A DNA stretch of 56,971 bases, counting the filler, from Sphacelaria rigidula (Eukaryota), in the NCBI GenBank assembly GCA_964200075.2. It is 5 parts of 5 records of this genome, joined end to end, with 100 filler letters (N's around TTAATTAATTAA, not from the genome) between each part and the next. Parts side by side here need not be neighbours in the genome. Positions count along the whole stretch, not along the records: positions 34,245 to 45,558 come from CAXNAA020005078.1; positions 45,659 to 56,971 come from CAXNAA020005079.1; 3 more parts are not named here. One strand, given 5' to 3'. Below the pieces are notes generated by a model. The model was given only the letters and a program-made list of their open reading frames with translations, was not told where the DNA came from and did not search any database. Positions within the stretch are counted from its first letter, which is position 1. Each line of letters starts with the position of its first letter. A program made the position numbers and the translations under genes. Below are positions 38,618-50,931 of this stretch, one piece after another.

Positions 38618-39130
38618 GACCACTAGTAGTCCGGGCGAATTTGACAAGACGTGAGATAATGTTGCTACTCTAGCTACAAGTTGTCGCTACCGTGCGCTCG
38701 TTTTTTGTACATAGACGGGTGTGAGCGTTGCCGGCATCCGAGGTCATCGGGACAGGGCGGGGAAGGAGCAGAAGCGAATAAACGACCCTCGCAGAGCCCG
38801 CCAGACTTCTCGGTTTTTGTCAGTGTTTGATGATCAATTTCTCCCAAGAATTTCAACAATTTCAACAAAAAATTACCAAAAAAAAAGCAAAAAACCATGA
38901 CAATTTTCGAAAAAATACCTTCCGGTAGGGGGGGGGGGGGCTCCGTGTCCGAAAATCTTATCTCGACAGACCCTTGCGTGGGAAGCCTTCCATCACCATA
39001 TCACACATCACATATGAACCACCATCAGTCACCTCCTGCAGCAAACGCCATCAGTAAATGGAAACAAACATGAAACATGGGGGAAAGACAAGGCAAAACG
39101 GCGCCTGGACGCTGTGCAACAAAAGCTCAC

Positions 39131-39403
39131 TTGTGCACGAGCTTCATGAACTCGGCCTCCGCGATGTTGAGTACCGTCAGCTTGGTCTCGTCACGCCCCA
39201 CGAACTCGAGGAACGCATTGGTCATGCGCTCTTTTACGTTTTCCTCGCCGTCGATGTACCCGAACACCACCTGCCACGGGGCACGCGCGTCCTCCTCGCA
39301 GGAAACAGCGCGCAGGAACTCTGGCTGGAAGGCTACATGGAATGGCTTGTTCGTCTTTTCCTTAATGGAGGCCAGCCATTTCTTGGTCATGCCAGGCGGC
39401 ACA
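39131..39403 (-). CDS. GMD: GDP-mannose 6-dehydrogenase, exon 2
   Basis: AACAG acceptor, (T)VPPGMT...FQPEFLR...AEAEFMKLVH(N), GTGAGC donor. Phase 2 at both ends rebuilds IRSTVPPG and KLVHNYAN. Confidence 0.92.
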
Positions 39404-39924
39404 CTGTTTGCAAATGGAAAAGGCGGGGGGGAGGCGAGCGCACCGAGGGGGAGGGATGTGTGTGTGTGGGAGGGGGAGTCGGTGAGGTGGGGAAGAGATG
39501 AGTATGAAGCACGAGGTACACATCTCAGGGGGTTGAAACGGGAAAGTAGGTTGAGAACACAAGCGGAAAAAAGAAGCCGTCTTGTGGCCGTCTACTGTGT
39601 GCGGCTGCACTGTGGTGTATGTGCTTCATATGATGCAGGTGGAACACGACGGATCTCCTCCTCACCATGGAGAATAAGTTGACTTTGAAAAAGTGATTCC
39701 CCGACGAGACAAAGATGGGGAGGAAACTGACCGTCAAATGGGGGTGGAACTGTCAGGGAAGTAGGGTGAAAACACAGTGGCGCACAGTACATAATCTCCC
39801 TCACTGTGACCAGCTTTTCGGCAATATTAATCAGTCGAAAAGTCGTAAGAATAATGTTTTTTTCATCTGACAGCCCTGAAAGTCGGGCACAAAATGCTCT
39901 CAAACGGTGGCTTTCTTCTGTCCA

Positions 39925-39955
<31 letters not shown>

Positions 39956-40203
39956 CATATCTGCGCTGCCGGCCGGACGCTCCCGACAAGTGCTCATCCC
40001 TGTCGATAGCTACAAGTGATGCGACATTCCACAGGCACTTTAATTGTGTTCGTTATCTATTGACATCTTATTTACGCTCGCCTCTGCAGCGGTAGGTATT
40101 GTCAAGGGTGCCGATGCGGGCTGTCTGTACGACATCTGCGTGTTCTGCTTGGTGAACATGGTGCAGCGTCAAGCACTTATTTCCGCACACAATGTGTATG
40201 CCA

Positions 40204-40805
40204 CGAGCTGGGCCTACAAACGGATTTGAGCTACCACAGTTATATCTAATCGACGCAGACAAATTGGGGCGTGATCTTGGAGTGATACTTACATCTTGTC
40301 AAGCTCATCTATTCAACAGCTTGGTCGTATGCTTTCTCGTTGATTCAACGCCATGTTGAGTAAATCTCGTGGCGTAGGAATATATCTCGATATTAAAGTA
40401 TATACGAAACCCCCTCACAATGTAATCAGCAGCTGACGCTGATTTTTGGTGTGAATATTCCTTGGGGCACGGGAACGATCGATACACTCACTTTGATTTA
40501 CAGTACAATAGTTCGTTATCTATCGAGAAATGATTCGGCTTATATATGGTCAAATACTCGTACTAAATTCAACATATAATTGCACTAGAAGATGAACTAA
40601 AAAATCTGGTTCGTGCAGTTCGGTTTTGACAGTTGTTTTCTGCAATTTTTGGCGGGGAGAATCGCATTGGCATACGGAAATAGAAGTGTTCATCACAAAC
40701 CGATCCTCCATCCCGAATGTCAAACCACAATAATCCTCAAATAAATCCGAGCTGCACACTTGCCTGCAACGCTTCAAATTCGTTTTTGCAGGCTGGCCCA
40801 GCTCG
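40204..40805. mobile_element. Mariner-type MITE (CGAGCTGGGC TIR family), about 600 bp, in GMD intron 1
   Basis: CGAGCTGGGCCTACAAACGGATTTGA ... TCAAATTCGTTTTTGCAGGCTGGCCCAGCTCG|TA. Confidence 0.75.
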
Positions 40806-41185
40806 TACAAACTAACTTCCAAACTAGGCCTGACTACAAAATGGTCGAAACAATGGTTGGTACCGTGAATGAGGTGCCGACAACTATAACGCTAACCCCA
40901 ACCCCAACCCCTACGAAGGCGTAAGAGCCTGCGGCACCGATTTAGGACAAAAACACGTTCTGGGGGAGATGAGATCACTTGGGACTGTCAGCCCGTTTAA
41001 CCGTTTGACCGCCACTCGAATCCTATTTCTGCCCTGACCGGGTCCTACGATTTACTGGTTACACCACCGGGGCTCGGGCGGCAATATCATGGTACATCTG
41101 AGCTTGGAATTCTTATCATAAACTCACTAGAATAGCACGTGTGGAAACACACATGCGAATATCTGCTCGATTACGTGAAGCACTA

Positions 41186-41660
41186 CGAGCTGGGCAAGCT
41201 GACAGTGATTCTTGGATATTTTCGGGTCAGTAGGTCACTCGCTGAATCGGCATCAATATTCACTTGAAAAAAGTATCCATAACCCAGATGGACTACTGTA
41301 CCACCTCCGCGGTCTCAAGGGATAAAGATCCGACCGTTTGGAGTCTCTGTTCCGAACGGCATGAACAAATGAACGCACCTGCATCCGGTATCGCTACCAA
41401 TACTACTTTCGAAACGAAATACAGCATATAGATTTTGGTGTAGGTACATAAAACATGTTGACCATTACAGTATCAGAGGGTGAGAGTACTGTAGGTCTCT
41501 TATTGCATCGACATCAAGTTCACTTGAAGAAAGTGTGTGTGATCCAGATGGACTACCCTCGCAGCCAAGGGGTTGACCCTTAGACCGCGAACGTAGTCCA
41601 CCTGGACTATGCATAGGTTTTTTCAAGTGAAATTGATGCCGATTCAACAAATGACCTGCT
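41186..41660. mobile_element. Mariner-type terminus followed by a ~68-bp inverted repeat pair
   Basis: TA|CGAGCTGGGCAAGCTG at 41186. 41229-41297 (TGAATCGGCATCAAT.TTCACTTGAAAAAA...GGACTAC) is inverted at 41593-41659. Confidence 0.55.
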
Positions 41661-42548
41661 CTCTCGCTGTCAAAGGGTCAACCCTCCGGCGAATCTGTAG
41701 AATCGGCATCATTTACATGTGAAAAATAACCTGAACGGCGATCCAACAGATCGTCCACAGTAATCTCATACGATCGCGGTGAAAGGTTCGAATACATCCT
41801 AACTTGGAGCACCCTGTCTTCGCATTTACGCCGCTTAGTCTGTGCAGTACAACTTTTCTACCCTTTGCACAGAAATCCTTGCGAAAGACGACCCCACCGA
41901 TGGTAGAGCCTACTACCCACTGTGACGCGGGTAAACCATGCCGTTCGACTGCAACAGGGCATGGACACACCCTGGTGGCGGCACCCACTGTTGTTTATTG
42001 TACCACACACGTGAGACCAAGTACAGACGGTACAAAGATGACAGGAATATTCCATTTTTTTTGTGTTGTTTCGAGGAATATATCAGGGATGAGGGAGGAT
42101 TCTACGAATCTAGACTTTGAGCGCGCTGGTTCGCTGCTTGATATTGCAGTCGCTGCCCCCGCCGCTCCCTACACATTCTCGAATCAGATCGGCAAACAAG
42201 CCGATAACGGAGCCAGGATAGTGGGTTTGCAATACGACCGTGCTGCACGCTTGAGTGATGTCAAGCCAAACACATTAAAGCGGACTACGGTACACGATGA
42301 AGCGTGCGATTTAGACAGCAGAGCACAGCACATTTACCGTAGTAGCTGAGTACAGTCGATACGACAGCACACACCGCACTACCGCACTACCCTCGAAACT
42401 TCAGAACTTCAAAAAAAGGAGACGGCGAGGGAAAAACTGGTCAACACCCGATGCAATACGGCTTCAGAGGTGCACAACAAGGGGTGTTTGGTGCACCACG
42501 ACGACTCCCTCAACAGGTATAGTGCAGTATATTACGACAGTAACTCAC

Positions 42549-42895
42549 GTGGAGCGGATGACGAAGATGGGGACCTTCCCGGTGGACTGTCCGATCAGCT
42601 TGAGCACCAGCGGCACGGTGGACCACACGTACTTCATATCCAGACGCTGCGTCTCCTTGATCAAGGGAGTGGGCACTGACAGAAGCACGATCTCGGGATT
42701 GAGATCGGAGGGGCAGTCGTCCGGGTGGCAGCAGGGGACACCCGCCTGGTTCATCTTATCGATGATGGCCGGCACCACATCGAACCCGCGGACCTCGAAG
42801 CCGTGGTGCTTGTACGCCTTGGCGTAGGCGCCACCGACCACTCCGCAGCCGATCTGGATGATCCTCTCCTTACCGTTAGCCATCATAGCAGACAT
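42549..42895 (-). CDS. GMD: GDP-mannose 6-dehydrogenase, exon 1 (NAD-binding Rossmann fold)
   Basis: MSAMMANGKERIIQIGCGVVGGAYA (GxGxxG), ...GFDV..., LSVPTP, IRST, then GTGAGT donor. The three exons total 347+273+355 = 975 nt, i.e. 324 aa plus stop. Confidence 0.92.
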
Positions 42896-43774
42896 TGTAG
42901 AAATATTGGTGTCGTTCTCGAACCGAAGTTGCTGATGTTATTGGAATGGCCTTGTGAGCTTGTGAGCTTGTGAGCTTGTTGTTTGGGGTGAAAGTAAAAG
43001 TGAAAGACAGGGGGGGGCGCGTTCGCGTAGGTCCGGACGCACTGTAATAAAGGCTGCGTTCGATTGAGCTGTGAGTAGTGAGTTGTGCTTGAGTTGTGAT
43101 ATAATAGAAATCCAACCGAGTTACGTACTCAATTATTCCGCCGCGTGTTTAAAAAAATCGAGAATTTATCCGCACTGCAAACACAGCATTCTGATTGGCC
43201 CACTTCCTCACCTACTCGTCATGGGTGAAATCCGAGAGCGAAGTTTCAGAATCCTCAACCCCGCCCCCTCCAATATTCCTAACACACCAACACACAGTTT
43301 CTCTTCACCGGGTTGTGGTGGTCGAACAACAGTCGCACGTAGTACGTGTGCGTATGTTTGTCCCAAGGTCATCGAAGAAGTGGTTCAAAGAAAATAAATG
43401 GTGAATTCTCATCAGCAGCAGAAGCTGCGCTTAACTCGGCGTTAATCAGTTTTCTTGTTCGTGATGCCGGGGGGTGGAGGGGACGGGGAAGACGTTGCAG
43501 GAATAATCATTCATCCATTTATTGTTTCTAGACGAGAAATTGAAAATATTGTCGAAAACTAGGATGGGTTCTCGATAGCAATAAACACTAAAATGTAATG
43601 AATATCGGAGATCGGCGAAGCCAATATTTATCGGAAAAATATCGACATAATATACATATATATATATATCCCACAACAATCGGCAAGCTAAGCGAGGAGG
43701 CCGCCGGAGGCAGGAAAGTTCGGCAGTTTCCTCGGTTCATACCTTATCAAAATTGGCCCAAACTGTCCATATAT

Positions 43775-45430
43775 ATGCTAACGGCGTGTCTTGGGCAACT
43801 TCTTACTCAACTCATGTATTGAAAACAAGAAACTTGTCGAAAAAAAGTGCATTTTTGACCCCACTCCGTCGTTTTTGACCCGAAAAGAGGGCTTGGCGGA
43901 TGTGGACACCTTGCAATGATTTGCTCTACTCGCTGAGACCGTTCTAGAGCACGTTTGCGTTTTCCGTAGGTCACAATTTCGTTTTTGGCCAGATTTGCAT
44001 TTTAAATAACAATAAGCGGTCAAGTTATCACACAACAGGGGGGAAACTGCTATCCATTTTTTATAACTTGACCGTTCATTGTTAGGGCCTGTCACATGAG
44101 TTTTTCGATCGAAAAAGTGCGGTGGGAAACAAAATCCTGATCTGATAGGTCATTATTTCCACCATCTTCAAAATGAACGACGATGGTTGAAATTACGACC
44201 TATTACATCAAGATTTCTGTTTTCCACCGCATTTTTTCGATCGAAAACCCATGTGCTAATAAGAGCGTGTCTTACGTAGCACCTTTGTTTTCGATCGAAA
44301 AAGTGCGGTGGAAAGCAAAAATCCCGATCTGATAGGTCGTGATTTCCACCATCTTCAAAATGAACGACGATGGTTGAAATTACGACCTATTACATCAAAA
44401 ATTTTGCTTTCCACCGCATTTTTTCGATCGAAAACCCATGTGCAAACAAGAGCGTGTCTTAGCACCTTTGTTTTCGATCGAAAAAAAAAGTGCAAGGGAT
44501 GGTCGAGTAGAGTATACTCGATTGCGGGGTGTTTTGAAACTCGAACTTAGAGTAGTACACAAAAAAATGGGGGGTAGGGTTTCAGGGATCGCTTTCCCGT
44601 TATTTTGTGGGTACGACTCCTAACACTCAACCCTAATTTGAGTACCTCAACTACGTCTTTCAAAATACCCCGCAATCGAGTATTCTCTACTCGACCTGCT
44701 CTTCTTGAAAAAATGCTAAGACACGCCCTGAGACAGAGCCTTATTGAAAATGTAAATTTGATCAAAAACGAAACTGTGACCTACGGAAAACGAAAACGAA
44801 AACGTACTCTCTGGAACGGTCTCAGCGAGAGCAATGCTACGGTAGGTAGGAGTGCACTTTTTGCGAAAAATCTTGTCTGGTCAGGAGCTCCTAACGGTTC
44901 TCGATACACGAGAATATGGGCAGGGCATCCCCGTTTGTTTGCAAATTCATTCGGGATATCCCTGGAACATTGGGATAGTGACCGTGGCGTATACTCTCAC
45001 ATATTTCGTAACTCGTGTTTTGGACGAGATGAAGGGCTCCTAACAATTCTAACCTCGGAAATTATTTGTGCATCTCTACCGTACCATCACTCGCAAGTAG
45101 AGCAAGTCATATTCCAAAGTGTCAACATCCACCTAGCACTCTTTTCGGGTGGGAACGACGGAGTAGGGCCAAAAATCCACTTTTCAACAAGTAAGTTGTA
45201 TTTTTTATCCAACACGAGAAGAAGAAGAAAATGGGCGGGGGAAAAGAACACTTTGATCGGATAGGTCGTGACTTCAACCATCGTATTTTTCAAGATGGTT
45301 GAAATCACGACCTATCAGATCGGAATATTTGTTTTCCACCGCACTTTTTCGATCGAAAAATATCTGATAGGTCATGACTTCAACCATCTTCAAATTTTGA
45401 AGATGGTTAAAATTATGACCTATCACGCCG
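43775..45430. repeat. Nested palindrome / foldback complex
   Basis: Outer arm about 43830-44010 is inverted at 44740-44835 plus 45092-45193. Two tandem ~147-bp palindromes lie at 44101-44247 and 44288-44435, with a related unit at 45258-45425. A separate hairpin spans 44501-44696. Confidence 0.85.
44840..45081. mobile_element. Small MITE interrupting the right arm of the foldback complex
   Basis: TA|CGGTAG(GTAG)GAGTGCAC ... GTGCATCTCTACCG|TA. Homology to the left arm stops before it and resumes after it. Confidence 0.55.
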
Positions 45431-45558
45431 GATCTTGTGGCACACATATTTTTGGCCGACGGATTGTTCACTTTTGGGACGTAACAGCCGATCATCTATG
45501 TTGAGGATGGTGCTTTTGATTGAGGATGAGAACCCGGAGGATTAAAAACTTCGTATCC

Positions 45559-45658
45559 NNNNNNNNNNNNNNNNNNNNNNNNNNNNNNNNNNNNNNNNNN
45601 NNTTAATTAATTAANNNNNNNNNNNNNNNNNNNNNNNNNNNNNNNNNNNNNNNNNNNN
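45559..45658. other. Artificial contig spacer
   Basis: N44-TTAATTAATTAA-N44. Confidence 0.98.
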
Positions 45659-45830
45659 AAACGACCCCCCCCCCCCCCCCCCCCCCCCTCCGAATGATTG
45701 CTTTTTTCTCCGGACGGATTTTCCGAAGATCTGTTCAGCAAGGAAACTCGAATGTCGTTTTTTCTCCCGTATTGAGCGAAGACAAGGTTTTATTCCAATG
45801 TCTCTTTTCAGGTGTATTCTTGGCTATATA

Positions 45831-46383
45831 CAGTAGTGGCCGGTCTAACTATTTAGGGGTGTTTAGGGGGTTTTCCTCGCTTACTACTCTTTGATAGAAC
45901 TCGAAATTGCTAGCGTCTGTAGATTTTGGTACAGCAAAGTAGATCATCTCCGAAACACAGTGCCCAAGGCAGTGTCAGTTGGTGTTATCGGGCGAAACGA
46001 GTAAATACCCCGTTCATCAGGAGGGTGTTATTGACAGTGAAAAACAGTTTTTCGGCCCTAGTGCAATAAGTAGGCAGAACTTGAAAAAAATGAAACTGTA
46101 CACTTCTCAACAAGTATGATCGGGACGGGCTCGATCAACCGAAAATAGAGAAGAGTGAGAATCTAGGCTGACACGTGGCAGGTCCCCCGATGACCGGTCA
46201 GCCCGTAAGTCACTCGATATTGAGTACAGATGATTTTTTCTTCTTGGAATGTGGAGTGGATACAATATATCTTCAGATCCCCGATGTGATAGGCGGTGGG
46301 AAGCGAAGAGAGCCCACGAGAATCGCCAACTACGAAAAAATCACAAAATATCACAAAATGAATAGTTAGACCGCCCACTACCG
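45831..46383. mobile_element. Tc1/mariner-type MITE, about 550 bp, TA target duplication
   Basis: TA|CAGTAGTGGCCGGTCTAACTATT ... AATAGTTAGACCGCCCACTACCG|TA. Colinear with 52282-52827. Confidence 0.88.
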
Positions 46384-47040
46384 TAGAGCATGCTGCAGAC
46401 CGACAATTTGATAAATATAACGAACATCTTCTCTTTTGAACGGGAACAGAATTATAGGGTGCCAAAAATCGGCATCTTTGGAGCGAAAAAACAGCACGAC
46501 GAAAAACAAATTGGAAAAAAAAGCGGTTTTTCGAAGAAAAAAGGATGTTTTAGGTGATAATCGAACTCCTGCCCCAATTATCCATGACGGGTTGGCTTAC
46601 TAAGCAGTTGTCCTTACCGTTCTTATATTTTCGATCGAAGGGAGTATAATATATATATATATATATATACATATATTTGTTCAATAGCTCGGCTTTCGTA
46701 ATTCTAAGTCTGACGGTCACTTTAGGACTCATTTTCTCAATGTTTCCGGGCCCGGTCATGGGTGATTCAACAAGCTGGGCGCTGAAATTTTGACACGACA
46801 TTTTCATCATCAATACGCACATCACGCGGGATGCCAAGAGAAACCAAAAAAACAGGGGGTAAAAGCGATTTGAAGTTTTTGCAAAGACTGCAAAAATATT
46901 TTAACTGAAGATACAAGAAATACATCGGCATCCCTCGTGTTGTTGTGCCTACTTGAGTGCAGAAATCAGTGTCTGTGGGCACTCAGGCGTTGACCCCATT
47001 TCTTTCAAAAATGATTTCCAGTAACTATGATGGTACCGCC

Positions 47041-47338
47041 GCGCCCCGGTGGTGTAATGGTGTGTCTGTGGTCACTAGGGTGGAGAGAATGGGGGTTCAA
47101 TGCCCGATGCGTTGGGTTTCTTCTTTGCAATGTTTGATTTTCACCGTGAAAAGCGAGAGACCGTGAGTAAACAAATTCGTCGACTGAGTTTGTTTGACGT
47201 GATCTGACGCGGTGCGGGAGTGCTGACCCAATCCGTGAAACCAAAAAGCAAGGCGTGTACCGAGGAGAGCAGGGAAGATCCCTTGAGAGCACGAACGCGT
47301 CCCGAGGAAGGGGAGGGGTTCAATGTGCGACAAAAAAA
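47041..47338 (+). mobile_element. tRNA-derived SINE, family 2, longest copy
   Basis: A-box-like TGGTGTAATGG, B-box-like GGTTCAATGCC and an A-rich end. Diverged 3' fragments occur at about 47905-48090 and 48592-48760. Confidence 0.7.
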
Positions 47339-47449
47339 TGAATGAATGATATTATGCCATCTTTTAATTGGATACTTTTCTTCGACAAAACCTGGCATAG
47401 GTGAGAGAACTCAACATGTTTCTCTTCATCTGTTGCTGCTGCTCGACAG

Positions 47450-47647
47450 GCAACAGCTCTGGCTTTACACCTAGCCCGGCTTCAGGGCCCCTCGTAGGAG
47501 AGCAATTTGTCTCGCCGTCTGCCGCATCAAGCGGCGAGCACAACAACCAATCACGGCAGGGATCTGGCGGCAGGCTATTCGGCCGTAGCTTTTGGGGTGG
47601 CCGCAGGGCGCGCAGCGACAGTGGCATCGACAATGGTAGCGGCAGCG
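47450..47647 (+). CDS. Low-complexity Gly/Ser/Trp-rich protein, first visible exon
   Basis: Pyrimidine tract plus GACAG acceptor, NSSGFTPSP...FGRSFWGGRRARSDSGIDNGSGS, GTGAGT donor, phase 1. Confidence 0.65.
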
Positions 47648-49651
47648 GTGAGTGATTTCCATAACAAAATCTAGTCTGCTGAAACTTCGTAATTGAGTAG
47701 TTTGGATTAACATTTCAAGCGCGTATGTGCGCATGCGAATGCCTGCGTTCGGGGACATTTACTCATCGTCGCGCCCCAGCTGTGTATATTCAAGAGGTAC
47801 ACCTGGAACCTGTGAGGGCGGAAGCTTGCCGATTGGAACCCCAGCAGATGCATGGAGAGTTTCCCCCCAGAATTGCCTCACTCAGATGTGATGTAGATGG
47901 CACGTGGGTAGTAGCGAAGAGTTTGTTCGACGGGAAGTTCACGCGGTGCGGGGGTGGTGGTCATGATCCAGTCCGGGATACCAAAATGCACGGCATGTAC
48001 CATGAGAGAGATGGGTTAGATGTGTTGAGATCATGGAGTCCTTCCGAGGATATCGGAGGGGAGGGGTTTGATGTGTGAAGAAGTAAAAGAAAGCCACCGC
48101 GCCTCGGTGATGAAACTGGCCAGGCCCACTGACATCGACACTAGTCTGGACGGGTTCTGTTGAGGCGAATGCCTCCAGGTTTTTTTTTTTCGTGGTTCAC
48201 GTCGTCTGAAAACCGTAGAATTTGGGTAGGTATAACATTAGGTCAGAGGGTTTAGCGTAATTCGACGGGCTACGGGAAGTGTCTACCCAAACCTTGGAAT
48301 GAAAAGCAATGCTGAGTACCGGGCGGGAGGGGGTTAATCCCTTCAGACTAGATATCACTTTTCCCGGAGGGATACAGCACCGAAGGGGGAAAGGGGTACG
48401 ACAGAACACATCGGAAAATAGAATTACACTCTATGTTTCACCCCGGCGATTCAATGAAACATACCGGAGCAATCAGGTTGAAATATCGCGGGTTTTACCT
48501 CCTGCAGACGTGTGTGTGAGTGTGGGTGGGTGCGTGCTTGTGAACATCTATTTTTCGAAAAAGAGTCTGTTCCTGTCGTTGAATACTTGAAGACGTGAGT
48601 AGCACGTGAGAAGGGAAGAGTTTGTTTGACGAGAGTTGAAGTGGTACGGGAGTGTCGATCCAATCCGCGGTACCGTAATATCAAATGAGATGGATTGAAC
48701 CCTCGAGAGCACGGACTCGTCCCTGCCCGGAGGAAGGGCAGGGCTTGAAATTGTACAGTAAATTCAGTCGTTTTTGGGGTATTTCCCACAAAACCTCTGT
48801 GGGTATAGAGTCCAACGACATCGACAACCCTACCGGCGGCAATCTCAACCAATAGCACCGCGCGGGGCTTGATGTGTGGCTGTTTCTACCAGTTTGCCAT
48901 GCCTCTGTGTACTCTTATCGTTCGGGTTGTCCTCACCTCACTTGTCGCACGAGCAAACCGTTGATTTCCTCTTCAAAAGTAGATCGGCCTGCCTTGAAGT
49001 CGGACTTTGGTTGTTCTCTGAGCGTACAAACCATCCATAGTACTCGACACTTCCTCCAAAGCATTGCAAAATTCTCCAGGTTCTACTGCTCGAGCTATAA
49101 TATGTGCCTCTGCATTCCTACCATCTTCCCAATCATCTGCCAAGCTCCGCGAAACGGCGCTGCTACTTGTGGTGGATGTCCCTGGTGATGGTCGTGCCTG
49201 TAATGTCGTCTGCAAGTCGGCGCGTGTGGCGTTAACGTTAGTCTCGCGAGTGGCGTTAACTCTGGTCTCGCGATTGAGACATGTAATGGTGTAATTATGA
49301 AAAAATTCGGTACCCGCCGTAACCAGTGCATTTGAACGAAGACAAGCTTTTGACCTATCAAGCGCGCTGGTTATTTAGTATTCAACATTTGCCACGTTCC
49401 TCGAATGCTCCCTTTGTCATCCATCTCACGTGCTCCACGATGTGCTGGATTAGGTCAAGTAATGTTTTTGCCACGAGCGCTGCAAGTTCTGACACGCCGT
49501 AGCGAGAAAGATAGAGCGTTGTCTACGAGCGCCCAATTTCTTCGACGAAAGTGTTTGCATCAGCGACTTCTTCGACGAAAGTGTTTGCATCAGCGACGGA
49601 ATGCGTAGTTGTTTACCGGCATTCCGCGTCGCTCAAATCCTCGCTACGCAG

Positions 49652-50399
49652 ATCATGGCTGGTCCAGCTTGTGGGGCGGTAGGAGCCGCGGAGCTAAGAG
49701 CGACGCCGGTATCAAGGACGGCGGAGATGGCGATGGGTGGGGTGCGGATGGTTCTTTCAACGCAAAATCATTCAAGTCGGGCGATTACTCCACCCGCAGC
49801 GTATCCAAGAGCGATCCCGGCATCCTTGCAAGAACTGGCGGCTCCAGTGATGCTGATGTTGGTGCTAGTGCCAGCGTTAGTGCTGACGGTGATCTTTATC
49901 GCCAAAACGACAAAAACGCCGCCGCCAACGAACTCACTGCCAATGCACAAGGAAACCCGGGTTTCAACCTGTGGAAGTGGTGGCGTAAGGTTACAGGCGG
50001 CGACAAAGCCCCCCCCGGAAGGTTACCAGCTGAAACAGGGAAAACATACAGTCTCTATGAGTCAACACGCCTGTTGCGTCAAAATCGAGGACCGGACGAA
50101 GCGCCCCCCGGTGGGGGGGAATACCGGAACGGGGAAGTGTACTGCTACGGGGGCTCGGCGTATGGGGGCCTATCGTATGGTGGATATGAGGAGTATCCGC
50201 TGAGGCAGGATGGTTATAATGGTGTTGGGGAGGGAGACAAGAGCGCCGGGGATGGTGATCAGCAGTTATATGGCTGGCGGCGGCAGCAGCAGCCGCTGCA
50301 GCAATGGGAGCAAGAGCAGGGCGGGAGGACATGCGACGCGGTGGCTTGGGAGGGAGGCGGGTATAGATGGCAAAGCCAGGATGTGGAGGACATGACGCG
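49652..50399 (+). CDS. Low-complexity Gly/Trp/Tyr/Gln-rich protein, large exon
   Basis: CGCAG acceptor. G|AT gives Asp in frame with the previous exon. Lies inside the longest ORF of the window (283 aa). GTGCGT donor at 50400, phase 2. Confidence 0.7.
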
Positions 50400-50931
50400 G
50401 TGCGTTATGCTTTGTTCTTTGGGCCCTAGGTTTTGTTGCGTCACTTTGTGTGCCATGTAACTCGATGCACTTTTGGGCTTTCTCGTGTGCGTAGACCTTG
50501 GTTATTCACGTGTTGTTGTATATTTTATGTTTGCGTTCGACGTCACATGCTATGCTTCTCGTGTGTGTGCATGTGCAGTTTGAGTGGGCTTTCTTCGCGT
50601 TGGTATTTTTGTAGTGCGGCTATTGTGTTCCGTGTGAGCCGTTCTGCGTACGCGTGTACACAGCGGCGATGCTCTGATACCTGGGTGAAGGAAAGACCGC
50701 CAAACGCGATAACGGTGACGCGGTTCGTACCCTTGCTTCGTTGACTCATACTCGATAGTTACACGATTACACCAACAGTGACAAGCATCATGGTGCTTTC
50801 AACGCTGAGACGCCGGGAAATATTTGCCACATGGCTCTGACCCTAAACATGTCTTAAATGTGAGCCATACATAGCAAAAAGCACCGCGTAAATCAGTTCA
50901 AATTGTTTTTGTGCGTCCGTGACTTTGTATA

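Noticed and set aside
40892..40913. Telomere-like CTAACCCCAACCCCAACCCCTA
   Set aside because: Three degenerate units inside an intron, too short to call.
23334..42895. Kinase plus GMD as a linked regulatory cluster
   Set aside because: They lie on different contigs separated by an artificial spacer, so adjacency carries no information.
44605..45264. 219-aa ORF
   Set aside because: Lies wholly within the palindrome complex, crosses a MITE insertion and has no recognisable protein motif.
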